DNA from: Haliotis rufescens
Lineage: Eukaryota
Direction of reading: 5' to 3'
Assembly: GCF_023055435.1 (NCBI RefSeq)
Contig: NW_025964223.1
Span: 39,804,001-39,868,000 of the forward strand
DNA length: 64,000 nt
In this document: piece by piece, positions 39,305 through 51,446 of the stretch
How positions within the stretch are numbered: the stretch's first letter is position 1
Layout: each line of letters starts with the position of its first letter
Made by a program: the position numbers and the translations under genes
The notes under the pieces: generated by a model
The model's input: the letters and a program-made list of their open reading frames with translations, nothing else
The model's database searches: none
What the model was told of the DNA's origin: nothing

Positions 39305-39466
39305 CTGTAGGAACACGTATGTGAGAAGGTTGTGTTTGATAGCGGTATAGTCCTACCTTGTAAGCCTGTAGGAACACGTATGTGAGAAGGTTGTGTTTGA
39401 TAGCGGTATAGTCCTACCTTGTAAGCCTGTAGGAACACGTATGTGAGAAGGTTGTGTTTGATAGCG
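39284..39466 (-). repeat. Perfect 3 x 61-bp tandem duplication spanning the exon-6 acceptor
   Basis: Identical units at 39284-39344, 39345-39405 and 39406-39466. Confidence 0.97.
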
Positions 39467-39792
39467 TTTAAATAGCACTTCATTCAGATCAATACTTCTC
39501 AGCTTAATAGGAAGCAGAAAACAAAGTGATGTTGGTCTAAGACATGTATTACGTTAGCGAAAAACTCGGCACGAGTTTGCTGCACACGGAGAAAGGACAA
39601 TAATCGGATTGAAACTTAGATTCGAACCGAAGACCAGCGGATCCTGTCACCACAAGTCACACTGGGAGGAGTGATAGTTTGCATATGGTAGTAAAGAAAG
39701 CTTGTATGATATGGCCCTAAAAGACTCCCGTACTTTAATGATATAAATGTGATTATATCAAACATTGATTTCATTGATTACATGACACACGA

Positions 39793-40036
39793 GACCCGTG
39801 AAGATCCGAGGTAGAATTTCGTCTTCAGCAACCCATGGCCATGCTGCCGTAAAAGTCGACTATGATTGTCGCAAGAGGCGACTAACAGGCGGTGGTCAGG
39901 CTCGCTGACTTGGTTGATGTAGGTAATCGTATCCAAATTCCGTGGGTCGATGCTCATGATGTTAATCGCTGGATTGTCTCGTCCAGTCTCGATTATTTAC
40001 GGACCGTCATCATATAGCCGGAATATTGCTGAGTGC
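39793..40036 (+). mobile_element. SINE-like family 2
   Basis: Homology to other copies. Confidence 0.83.
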
Positions 40037-40059
40037 TTGTAACGCGTTGGCCATTATTA

Positions 40060-40730
40060 TTACAAGGAGTCCCCCTTTGCCAACGTGTAAGTCTCTGTAA
40101 CACTTTTCATACCACAATACACCCAACAGACTCCATCCTTAATACTTTGAAATTCGTCGAAATGTAGTGTAATGTCTCGATACATGATACGACTCTAACA
40201 GTCTGTTCTTATGCGGTTACAACAAACTCCAATATTCTATCTATACAAAGGCTGCATGTGTATAATTACGTCAGAATAATCTTTAGGTGACATTTCGAAA
40301 TTTCTCTAATGTTTGCACTAAGTTTTTCACGCAGTTAATCAACTGTGGAACGATACTGGTCTCACAATGGTAATACACGTAGAACATATAGGTTATTTAT
40401 GACTACGCTAAACGTTTCTCTTTATGTACTTAAGGTCTCAGATAGATCACAACGCAGTTTATTGGCTAAATTAAGATGTGGCACTCTGCCTTTAGAAATA
40501 GAATTAGGCCGTCAATTTTGTCACTCCTCTCCTGTTGTGCATGAAGTGCATTTACCTTCCTCCTGTGAGCATTACGGGGACCTGATCATGATCTGAGGCA
40601 ACATAGACCTTAACTGAGGATATGAAGCCGCTATATCCACTAGTGTTACACTTTGACCAAATTACATTAATTATTGCAAGTAAGGAATCATGTTATCTTT
40701 TAGCTGTATATGTTCAATCTTCATTTATAC
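40060..40730 (+). mobile_element. Decayed LINE 3' end (L2/CR1-group-like)
   Basis: RSQRSLLAKLRCGTLPLEIELGR resembles the C-terminal LR.G..PLEIE.GR motif of such LINEs. Confidence 0.6.
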
Positions 40731-40732
40731 GA

Positions 40733-41020
40733 AGAGGTGAGGTGAAATTGGGTTTAACGTCGCCTCAAAGATTATTGCACTTATATAGCGACGTGCATGC
40801 ACGTGTGTGTGTGGCTGCTTGTATTAGTCCGGACTGATGCCGATTTAAAGTGCTAGCTCACTGAGATACCATGCCGCAGTTTAACATGAATACCCCACTC
40901 AGGCACAGTATACTGACTCTGAGCCGACCAGTCCTTGTTTTAAGCCCCTTAATGCCGAGCGCCAGACAGTGTAACAACAAGTACCATCTTTTAACGTCTT
41001 TTGGTATGACGCGGCCGGTG
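40733..41020 (-). mobile_element. SINE family 4 (5'-truncated); related copy with a tRNA-like head at 57404-57636
   Basis: Shared CATAC(C)AAAAGACGTTAAAAGA...CTTGTTGTTAC core and (CACCT)n tail. Confidence 0.75.
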
Positions 41021-41906
41021 ATATTTAAACAGAAAACAGTATAACTAAATTATCATTTTAATAAGATATTCGCAGTTTTTTCTTCAACTTAATAACTAAT
41101 ATTCACGACGTCAAGGAGGGTATTATGTTTTGTTTATTCTTGATTATTTCCTTTCATCAAACTCGCGATCGGAAATAGTGTTCCAAAATAATTATTCTAT
41201 ACAAATGTCTTTTCACGATTTATGTCGTGTCACATAAGCTAGTACTGGCTGGTGTTTTTATATTGTTTTTTTACATATTGGTTCATTTTCAGTGTACAAT
41301 GTGCCACTCTGATAAACTTATCATATGTTAATGAGCAACTGTCCCTGCCGTCGGGGCAGGGTGACACGGGTAGTCGGTCAAGCATTGTGCTCTGGAATTC
41401 CCACGGGTAATGACCTTAATGCTTTGTTGAGGGATATCTGCATCATGCATGCAATCTCACATGGCACATGGTAGACGATACCAGTGACACATTAACCTGG
41501 GGTGTCAGGGGATCGGCAGATGAAATCATATCCATGATAAATTCAGAACAACGTCATGGCAACGGCGCGACCGAGAGGTACCCTCCCACCTTTGCTTCAA
41601 AGGGCAATAATGTCATCTTGAAACCTGAGCAAAACTCATCGCAAGTATTGATTTCCTGTCGTTTTCCTAGATAATACACATGATGATATATTCATGTATG
41701 GAGATTCTGTTATGATGAATATTCATTAATTCCAAATGAGACATTATTAGGTTTTATTAACATGTTCAAAAAAGAACTTGTTAGTGATATACGTGTGTGA
41801 AGCTGATGTCTCTCTGTTAGAGTATTAACACACAAAGTAGAGGTGGACTTATCATTATACTGGTAAATAATTGATGCCCTTTAAGGGCACTTATATTGCC
41901 TTGTTA

Positions 41907-42145
41907 GTGAGTGAATGAGTTGGGTTCAACGCCGCTTTTAAAAGTATTCCATTTATATCAAGGCGTGTCATCTTAATGTGGGAGGAAAGCCCGAAGTGAT
42001 GCAGGTCTCAGACGTTTACCACTCCGGTGAAATCCACAAGCACGGGTATGGTGCTGTCAAACCTAGAACCATAATCGGGGTAAACCGGGATTCGAACCAA
42101 CAATCATAGGTTTCTGCACTGCGGTTCCCTAGACGAATGGGCCAC

Positions 42146-42180
<35 letters not shown>
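41907..42180 (-). mobile_element. SINE family 3 with poly(G) 5' leader
   Basis: Homologous to 50023-50317. Confidence 0.85.
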
Positions 42181-42194
<14 letters not shown>

Positions 42195-42422
42195 ACAGCC
42201 CTTGCCTCGTTAAATATTCCTGTACTTTTATCAATTTAGCTTGTACATTTTGATGGAATTGCAACTGAGAGAAACTCTTTATTTATCTATATATTTCAAT
42301 ACAAATTATAACACATCTCCTTATTATTTCTGTTATATGAAAATATTTAGCAATGTTCAGCAAGAAATCTTTTAAGTCAACATCAAACTGTTCATGTGTT
42401 GCTTATTAGCAAGTTTACTTAC

Positions 42423-42488
42423 CTCACAAAATACTTGTCGTGCCATATTTTCGTAAAAACTGCCAACAATGATTCGCACATCAGCATC
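42423..42488 (-). CDS. Gene B exon 5
   Basis: ttatag|GAT...GAG|gtaagt, 66 nt: DADVRIIVGSFYENMARQVFCE (GABA-B D.RII.G.FYE..AR.VFCE motif). Confidence 0.95.
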
Positions 42489-44204
42489 CTATAAAAAGAT
42501 TAATATTATAAAAGTAGGGCTATTTGCATTATTATTTTTAGTAAACTTTCGGGATAAAAAACGGATATTTCAAGATGCTGTGTTAAAATTTCAAGATGCC
42601 ATGTTGATAATTTAAGATGCTATGTTGAAAGTTAAAGATACTAAATTCAGATTACAAGATACATGAGTGGAAATTTGAAGAAAATGATTTTGAAGTTTTA
42701 AAATAAGAATTTCGACTGATTATAACAAATTTCAGTGTTTGAGTGAGTTGGATTTAAATTTATAATGTGTACACGTGTTGCTAATACATGACGCTAATAG
42801 CGGCAAGTTGTCTACATGTAGTAGTGAATCTTGAAATGTAGCATCTTGAGTTTCACCTTTGTATCTTGAAGTTTCAAAAAGAACAATAAAACAGAAAATG
42901 ACCCCAAAAGAGTTCCGTATAATGTGAAAGAGGAAGGTGGGGTAGCCTCGTGGTTAAAGCCTTTGGTTGTCACGCCGAAGACCTGGGTTCACAAGGTACC
43001 ATGTGTGCAGCCCATTTCTGGTGTGATACTGCTGGAATCTTGCTAAAAGCGGCGTAAAACCATACTCACTCACTCCGTATAAAAATATAAATGTCGTAAA
43101 AACACAAGTAAATGTCACAAACGAATGTGTTCAGTAAATCGAACTTAATGACACGGACATTGCGATGACATCAATGTGTGTAATTAGGTATGGATATGAG
43201 AGTAACATCAGAAGTATTAATTCATGTATATTATCTTTATTAATTCCCCAGTCGATAGCTTCGGGCTTACCATCAAGGGAAGCGGAACAGAGTCATTTAG
43301 AGTGACGGAGATGCTGTCCTGTAAATGTATTTTCAGATATTTGCAATTACTGTAATTTTGAGAGAACAAAAACAAATGTCTTGGTAATGATGTATAACAG
43401 ATTATGATGAAGACCGTTGAGGAGGATGACATACGAATCAATATTAGCCTGTGTGTGGAGTGGGGTGTGTTAGAGCTGTACTCATTACCTCAGACAGCGT
43501 GTAAGCAATATGACATTCACATCCCGACAGATGACTGTAAGGATGGACACTACACTTCCATATAAGGAGTCGAAACCAGGCCTTTGACGTGACGACAGAG
43601 CGCTTTAACCACTGAAGTACTATACAGACCTTTTCTTTATCATAAAACCCATGTAGGTCCAAGGTTGGCAATGACAAAATAATTCAGATGTGTTTGTTAA
43701 TACAAATGTGTTACATTATATAATACAATAACTATATTTTTGTTATACGTGAAGGGATGTTGGTAAATTGTACTTTAATCAATCTTATTTATGTGTGGTT
43801 AGACGTGAATGAATGAGTGAGTATAGTTTTACGCCGCTTTTAGCAATATTGCAGTAATAAAACTGCGGGGGACACCAGAAATAGGTTTCACACATTTACC
43901 CAAATCGAGAATCGAACCCAGGTCTTCGTTGTGACAAGCTTTAACCACTGGGCTACCCCACCGCCCCTTGAAGTGAAAGAAATACCCATATCTTCAAAAG
44001 AGTAATATATTTGCATGACCGACTGAATGTGTACTAGTTGATTAGAAACATTTGATAAGTATGTCCTCTTTAGCTTATTTATGAGATAGTCCAAGAACAA
44101 AGCTGGTGTCGGTTCCACGCCTTCATCTATATCCGTGCCCCTGATAATAATACCTCTAATGTTCTACACAAACACCATCCAGCCGCCTTCGACCACCACG
44201 TTAC

Positions 44205-44306
44205 CTGAAGGGCCTTCACCTGTACGGCTGGACTTCCGGTGATAATCTCAGATCTCACGATTGTCATGTTGGCTTCTTTTAGTCGAGCCATCAGATCCTC
44301 TGTTGG
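44205..44306 (-). CDS. Gene B exon 4
   Basis: ccacag|CCA...CAG|gtaacg, 102 nt: PTEDLMARLKEANMTIVRSEIITGSPAVQVKALQ. Confidence 0.88.
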
Positions 44307-45102
44307 CTGTGGACATACAGACTTTGGATAAGGCTAACTAGATGACGACTTCCACTAATTGCGAAATCAAACATCATTCCATGGTCAGACTTTTTTAAGC
44401 CAATAACAAATAAAAGGTAAATGTTGTGCAATGATGACAAACAATTAAAATGTAATTTCACACTTTGATCAATATTCATTGTTTAAGGTCAAATATTCCA
44501 ACAATGAGTTTTTTCAAATAATGGAATATTTGATAAACAGATTTATATAAGAAATCGATATTATCATTTTCCACCACCAAATACTCTGATGAAATATGTA
44601 ACGTCTGGTGATGGAACGGAACTGAGGCCACACATCCCGTTTCCTCAATTCCCTGTTCAGAGAGTGTGAGATACACCAGAATATCAATCTACATCCGAAC
44701 CTCGTTATACAGCATTTTATAAAGCTAACACTCACTACTGTCCTTCCCCTCAAACTCGCACAGAGCCGGGTCAAGAACCTTTCATTTTGGTAGCATAATC
44801 GCCTTGAGACTTCCACACAAGCTATGGACATATAGTAGCAAATGCCACAGGGACTATTTGTCATAGGAAAATACGCATAATTTATGCATGTATTGCTCGA
44901 ACTTGTTCCCGGAAATCGTTAAACGTTAAAAGTGAATAGGAAGCGGCATCTCTGAGATGAGACCTTTAATGGACTTTCTCGACGTACCTGCAATGCTAAT
45001 CTCAGAACAAAGTTTCATTAAACGTTTGCTATATCAGTTATTGGTAGGTCTAAAAATGATAACTAATACCAGAAAAATTGAAGGTCACTTAAAGCCACTG
45101 AC

Positions 45103-45273
45103 CACTGAGAAGAGTTCAAAGGATTGGTGCAGCGTGGCGATGTTTGACCAGCCAAACTGTTTGAAGATCTCCACACGGGCCGGGTTAACATCCACATCCG
45201 GGGAATTAGAGCGGACGAAACGTGGAAACCTGTTCTTGTCGGACAGGGAGGGGGACACAGACACGTAGGACAT
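45103..45273 (-). CDS. Gene B exon 3
   Basis: tttcag|ATG...GTG|gtcagt, 171 nt: MSYVSVSPSLSDKNRFPRFVRSNSPD...FGWSNIATLHQSFELFSV. Confidence 0.93.
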
Positions 45274-45681
45274 CTGAAAGGAAGGGGTAGTATTGGCAAC
45301 AACTGACATATATACAGACTCACAGTGAAGCCCGTTATTCATGACAAGAACTGTATAGAAGGGGGATGTATTAATCCGGACGATTTCCTTGGATTAACGA
45401 GGTTTATTTGAATGTCAATTTACAAAGGCATTTGCATGGACACGTAAAAATATCAATACTTGATTTCGAGGCTCATCACGTACTGGTACTGGATTTTCTT
45501 GCTTTTTCCAATCTTTCCTGTCCAAACACAAAGTATTTCAGACCTATTGGTGTCCACTCAGGACTTTATAACTATATGTCGGACAATCAGAAGATTTACC
45601 TACACACACAATCCCAAAGAACCTTGCAAATTTAGACTTCATCTTGTTATCTGTCTAAAAGTACAAGGTTTACATTATGCG

Positions 45682-45947
45682 TTTTGTTTGTTTGTTGTTT
45701 GACGCCGCACTCAGCAATATTCCAGCTATATGACGGCGGTCGGTAAATAATCGAGTCTGTACCAGACAATCCAGTGATTGTTTTCATGAGCATCGATCCA
45801 CGCAATTAGGATACGATGACATGCATCAAACAAGTCAGCGAGCCTGACCACCCGATCCCGTTAGTCGCCTCTTACGACAAGCAGAGTCGCCTGCTACGGC
45901 AAGCATCTGTTGTTGAAGACCTATTCTACCCCGGATCTTCACGGGTC
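45682..45947 (-). mobile_element. SINE-like family 2, full length
   Basis: Complete head GACCCGTGAAGATCCGGGGTAGAATAGGTCTTCA through the (AAAC)n tail. Confidence 0.9.
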
Positions 45948-46244
45948 AGTGCAGTATGTAGTTGAATTACAATGAAAGGCTTCAGGGGTTCAGTTGTCAA
46001 TGCTTCTCTTGAAACGCATAATGCACGGGGTTGATTCCCAACATAGAGGAATCCTCACAGGTCAGATAAGCAAGTGATAATATTTAAGACGGAAACGAAA
46101 CGTGTTGTTACAATGTACTATTCAAACATTTGTGAAGTTAAAGCAGTGTCTCCAGGCGACTTGTATTTCAATGATATAATATGATGCTGTCCCACGTTGT
46201 GTAATGACAGCTGAACAATGTAGATGAATTCGTATACCGCCTAC

Positions 46245-46382
46245 CTGGACCAGATTCCACAGGTGTGAGGACTGTCCCGTGGCCTCGCTCACCCCGGAAC
46301 AACCATCCCCCAGGATCAGGATCTTTGTGGGTGGGGCGTACAGGTGCTTGTACATGATGTCCACCCCCAGGCCGGGATTACA
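46245..46382 (-). CDS. Gene B exon 2
   Basis: tttcag|TGT...CAG|gtaggc, 138 nt: CNPGLGVDIMYKHLYAPPTKILILGDGCSGVSEATGQSSHLWNLVQ. Confidence 0.95.
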
Positions 46383-46714
46383 CTGAAAGAATAACGGGAA
46401 TGATCAGACAAATCTTCATCTTCACTTCATCCTGAGTGTATCTACATATTCCAACGTATCATCTATAGGTTTACATCTACATATTATATGTCCATTGGCT
46501 ATAAATAGCTCTACACGTGTGCAATATACCATATAGTGAGTGAGTGGTGTTTAATGTCGCTTTTAACAGTATTCCAGTCATATCACAGCGTGTCAACTTA
46601 ATGTGGGAGGAAAGCCCGAAGTGATGCATGTCTCAGACGTTTACCATTTCGGTGAAACCCACAAGCTCGGGTATGGTGCTGACAAAGCTAGAAACATAAT
46701 CGGGGCGAACCGGG

Positions 46715-46796
<82 letters not shown>

Positions 46797-48369
46797 CTAC
46801 GTTGTGAAATACAGGTGCCAAGATACAAAAGCCGTACGTCACTCGTGTGTCGTACAAGGTTGACCTCATTATATTCGTTTTGATTGGATAACCGTGACCT
46901 CTCTCACACCGGAACTACATTTTTCATTCAAAGAAAAAAATCACGAGATTTTACTCACTTTGAGAAAACGTTTTACAACTACGAGGTTGAACTGAAGGAA
47001 TCTCATGAAAGCGAGATACATTAAACACACACTTTATTATACCCAACAAGATAGTCACACGCATCGAATTCGCTTTGCAATCTATATTAGTTATGCATAG
47101 AGCCACTACAGATATTGTATAATCGAATTATATCCGTATGCAATGTACGACTGCATATCGATAGATCGAGGCTCCCGAACACTTTCGCGACTTTCTACAT
47201 CTTATCTGTCCATTGCATATACATATCTCTACAGATACTACGTGTACTAAACTTTCTAACATTTGTGCATACATCATATTACGTGTGTATATATATTTGA
47301 TTACATGTGTGTATATATCGATTTACTTTAAACAATATTTATTTTTTTATAAATATTGAAAATCGGATCGGCCAACAGACAATGTCCATCTAAAGACCTA
47401 TTGTATACAAATATTACAATTTACAATTCACAACACACAGTTGATGAAAAAAAGTCGACGGTATATATAAATATCTAAATGTACGAAACTGTCTTTGTCG
47501 TTTATTGGTTTACAAAATAAAACCAAACGCAGGACGCATAAAATCCACATAAACCCCGACGGATACAACAGCAACGAATATATCTTTCCGAAATGTTTCA
47601 ATGTGCTATTGCAATGCTATTGCAATAGCACATTGAAACAAATTGAATATAGATACAAAATAGCTGTTCGGTTGAGTTGATGTTAACTTGCCTTGTGTCA
47701 CGTGCCTTTCATTGCCTCATATACAACGTTTCGTCGTGGGGGATATGAGGGATTTATTCCCCTACCCAGATAAGTAAGTCTACGTCGATTTCTACAGTGA
47801 ATTATTTGGTTTGTTTTAGTACCAAATAAGAAATGAATTATGTGCCTTAAAATGTCCTCTAACATATTCCAATCATGCACAGCAGATGGCGACCCGTAGG
47901 TTGTTAGATCAGGTCTACAGCAGCCCGTGCTTGTGATAAGAGGCGACTAACCGGATCGGGTTGATGAATGTCATCGTATCCCAATTGCGTAGATCGATGT
48001 TCATGATGTCAATCACTGGATTGTCTGGTACAGACTCGGCTAATTACAGACCGTCGTCAGATTGCTGGAATATTGCTGGAGTGCGGAGACAAATATAGTA
48101 CATATAAACTGCGTTCACAAATATATTCTCATAAAAAGTAGGGGATCGTGAATTATTAATGTGAATACCAACCAAGTATTAGAACAATGGTACGCAAGAA
48201 TGTTTATGTACGTTATACATAACACCAAAACACACCCTGTAGTTTGCACGTGCCTCACACAGTAGCGTCACACACCTGCCAGTCTTATTGACTCTGCGTA
48301 TCATACTGGTGTGATTTACTTTATTTCATTCATTGTTTGTGTAAGAACTGGCGATGACGCGTCGGCAAT

Positions 48370-48900
48370 GCACGGAGCGTCCACGGGCTATTGGCTAGAA
48401 ACTGGCAAAAGTAAGCGGGCAGTGGCCAATACGTTCAATATTTCACAAACCGGTGATAAGCAGACTATGGAACAGGTACCAACAAACCCAAAATGTTGAC
48501 GATCGACCCCGTTCAGCGTGTCCCAGGTCAACGACAAGAGTACAGGATTGATTGACCCGAAACTAGGCTCTACGGAATCGAGCTCAAAAAGCGAATCGAA
48601 TACGTTACTTTCGGGACAACATACTGACACCCATTGTTGTCCGGTTTGCAAGGAGTGTGGGTCGACGTGTTGTCTTTCAGGATGGTAATGCCCGTGCTCA
48701 CCGTACACGAATCGTTAATGCTCACCTGCAACATCTATACAATGCCACGGCCAGCAATGAACCCAGACCCTCCCTCCATTGAACGTCTAGGACGTCAACG
48801 TCATAGGCCACCGACCACGTTGGCCGTACATGGTCAGGGTCTGCCAGAGGAGTGGGACAGACTCCCTCAAATCGCCACTGGGAGCTTCGTCGAGTGAAGG
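48370..48900 (+). mobile_element. Decayed Tc1-like transposase
   Basis: Frameshifted pieces: KSKRAVANTFNISQT..SRLWNRYQQTQNVDDRPRS (HTH), VFQDGNARAHR and PAMNPDPPSIE (degenerate QDDNA.PH and P..SPDLNPIE), EEWDRLPQ. Confidence 0.8.
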
Positions 48901-49379
48901 AATGTTTAACAAATCGGGATTGTATAACGCACTTCTGATCCAAAAACGTCATCTTTGGAATTTCCCTCTTACCTCTATCGTTCATGATCGTCATCTGTCA
49001 TAAAATCTACCGTCATACTTCGCTACTGGTTGTAATGTGTTGGCAGAGAAGTGTGGATCTCAGAGGGGATTAGTTTTACAATTAAGTAGCAACCAACTCA
49101 TTGACTCAACCGCAGTCAATCATTGTTAGACGTAGAACTGTTTATCCATTCCACGTATTCAACAACTAAAGCAGTTTTAGCAAGTTTGAAATCTTCAAAG
49201 CTCCGTGTTTTTCTCGATTGGGTTTAAAAGTAAACATTGCTGCAGCCAACTGACAGAAATAAGATATGGCATACACAAATATTCGACGGTTATTCAGAAA
49301 TCGTCAGAAATATTCCGTTGAAATTTCGTCCATGACCGTACAGTGTTAAAATAAAGCGACAAAACTCTTTCCTTATCCA

Positions 49380-49690
49380 TAAGAAGAGTCGAGTCGATTG
49401 TACGATTCCGACTATATCATGAGCATGTATTTATAAATCACTAACAAACAGGGATGTCAGTTGTTCACCTGAAAACAAACAAAACACGGGAACATATGGT
49501 ACAAGTCAAAATAGGGGACTGCATCGGACATCATTTTTGTCATGGATGCGTCAAATTTGGAAATGTCCTCCACATGTCCACCATAAAACTTTACTGAGGA
49601 CTTGGATATTGTAACCTTGATCAAACAACCTCTGAGCAAGAGTCGTATGGCGCTCTTTGAAATCTTGGTATAAAGAGCCGGGCTGATGTG
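49380..49690 (-). mobile_element. Decayed Penelope-like RT C-terminal fragment and 3' end
   Basis: FKERH...QGY...KFYGGH..ISKF segments; the 3' end resembles 6820-6950, which in turn resembles 60485-60550. Confidence 0.5.
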
Positions 49691-50022
49691 TGTTCTTTAG
49701 GGATTGATTATGTTGTTCATGCATAAACGAAACATTTACAGATCACGTGTGTCCTTCATCTGATGCAGACACCATCTCTCTGCGGGAATCATCTCCTGTA
49801 GTTACAATCAAAATAAACAGCGGTATCGCCATGAATCTGTTTTCTTTTATTTCAATCGTTTCAAGTTTGGGGAATTTAAAATCAATTTCCAACCGTGCAA
49901 ATATTTTCGTTATGTAAATATACCGCTGAGCAAAAGAAAGTACATTTTCATCATTCTCAGATAAATCCAAATTGAATCGATAAACTGCCCATTACTACCA
50001 AACGTTGTAAATGTAAGTAATA

Positions 50023-50317
50023 GTGAGTGAGTAAGTGAGTTGGGTTTAACGCCGCTTTTAACAGTATTCCAGTTATATCGCGGCGTGTCAGCTTATTGTG
50101 GGAGGAAAGCCCAAATTTATACAGGCCTAAGACGTTTACCACTTCGGTGAAACCCCCGAGCATGGGTATGGTGCTGACAAACCTAGAAACATAATCGGGG
50201 CGAACCGGGATTCGAACCAACAATCATAGGTTTCCGGCGTGCCCAAGGGACGCAACACTGCACAGCGAATCGCGGCGCCTTAGACGACTGGGCCACCCGT
50301 GCCCCCCCCCCCCCCCC
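50023..50317 (-). mobile_element. SINE family 3, full length (tRNA-like head, TTTCCTCCCACA motif)
   Basis: A box TGGCCCAGTCG, B box GGTTCGAATCC; TSD AAATGTAAGTAATA at 50009-50022 and 50318-50331. Confidence 0.9.
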
Positions 50318-51446
50318 AAATGTAAGTAATAACATTTATGAGTAATGTGTATATGATATTATAATCCCGAGTATCCTAACTCAGACAGTGATACAGTTCG
50401 ATAGTAGCTGATACTTTCTTCTACGTAGAGTATAATAACATATACGTAGATGTAAGTATCATCTACATAAATGATATTTTAGAATGTGGCACAAATACGC
50501 TTCCATAAAATTCCATTTCATGTCAATGGTGACATTTTATACAAAAGAAAATCCTGAGCTTTAGCATTGAAGTTTTATTTCAGGATGTTTTGATGCGCAT
50601 GGGCACATATTGATCTATGCTCTTAACATATGGCTAACGTTCTCACATTGAAGAAAGTAGTCACACACACACTGAAATAAAACAAACAAAGAAACAAAAA
50701 TAATAAAAAAACGGATGCACTCTAAAAGAAGTATTAGTTTCCGGAAACCAGTTCTACAGAATATCGACTTAGATGGAGAAATGTAAATGTCAGTGTGCTT
50801 CCTCTTGTGGTAGCACTAAGCGTTTTATGATATTTTTGTAAACGGGTACGTGACTGTTCTATCACAATCAAATTGTGATCTTCTTCTGCAATTAGTGGAA
50901 TGAAGATAATAGCTGGCTGGTTGTCCATAACGTGAAAATAAACGTAAACGACAAGATACAATGTTATTTCTACTGCCATCAACCGAATGAGACGACCTTG
51001 TTGATAAAGGCCAGCAATACCGTCAAGGGGCGCCTGATGCTTAAAATATGGCGTTTTATTATCTTATCGCAAACACTGTGTTCCTTGATGAAGACCATGA
51101 GAAAAGTAGAGGTTGAAGATCTCGTGTATATGATGAAGTGTGAAAATCACATTTGTGTTTTAAATATGCATCTATCTCGAGCATTCGTTGTGGTTTGACG
51201 ATTGACAAACTAACAATTCATTGGCCATGAATATTTTCTGTGTTTACCGTTAAGTGGCTATTAAAGGCGATCCTTCGGTGCGATGAGTGAAACCCACAGA
51301 GAAGATTAGCAATATCATTGACACATAGAAAGTGGTTCAAACAGGAAAATTCCTGAAACAGAGACCGTTATTTTAAACAATTTTGGCTAGAAACGTTTTA
51401 GTATTAGAAGGTGTTTTCTCCTAATATAAACCAGGTTCTCAAAGGT

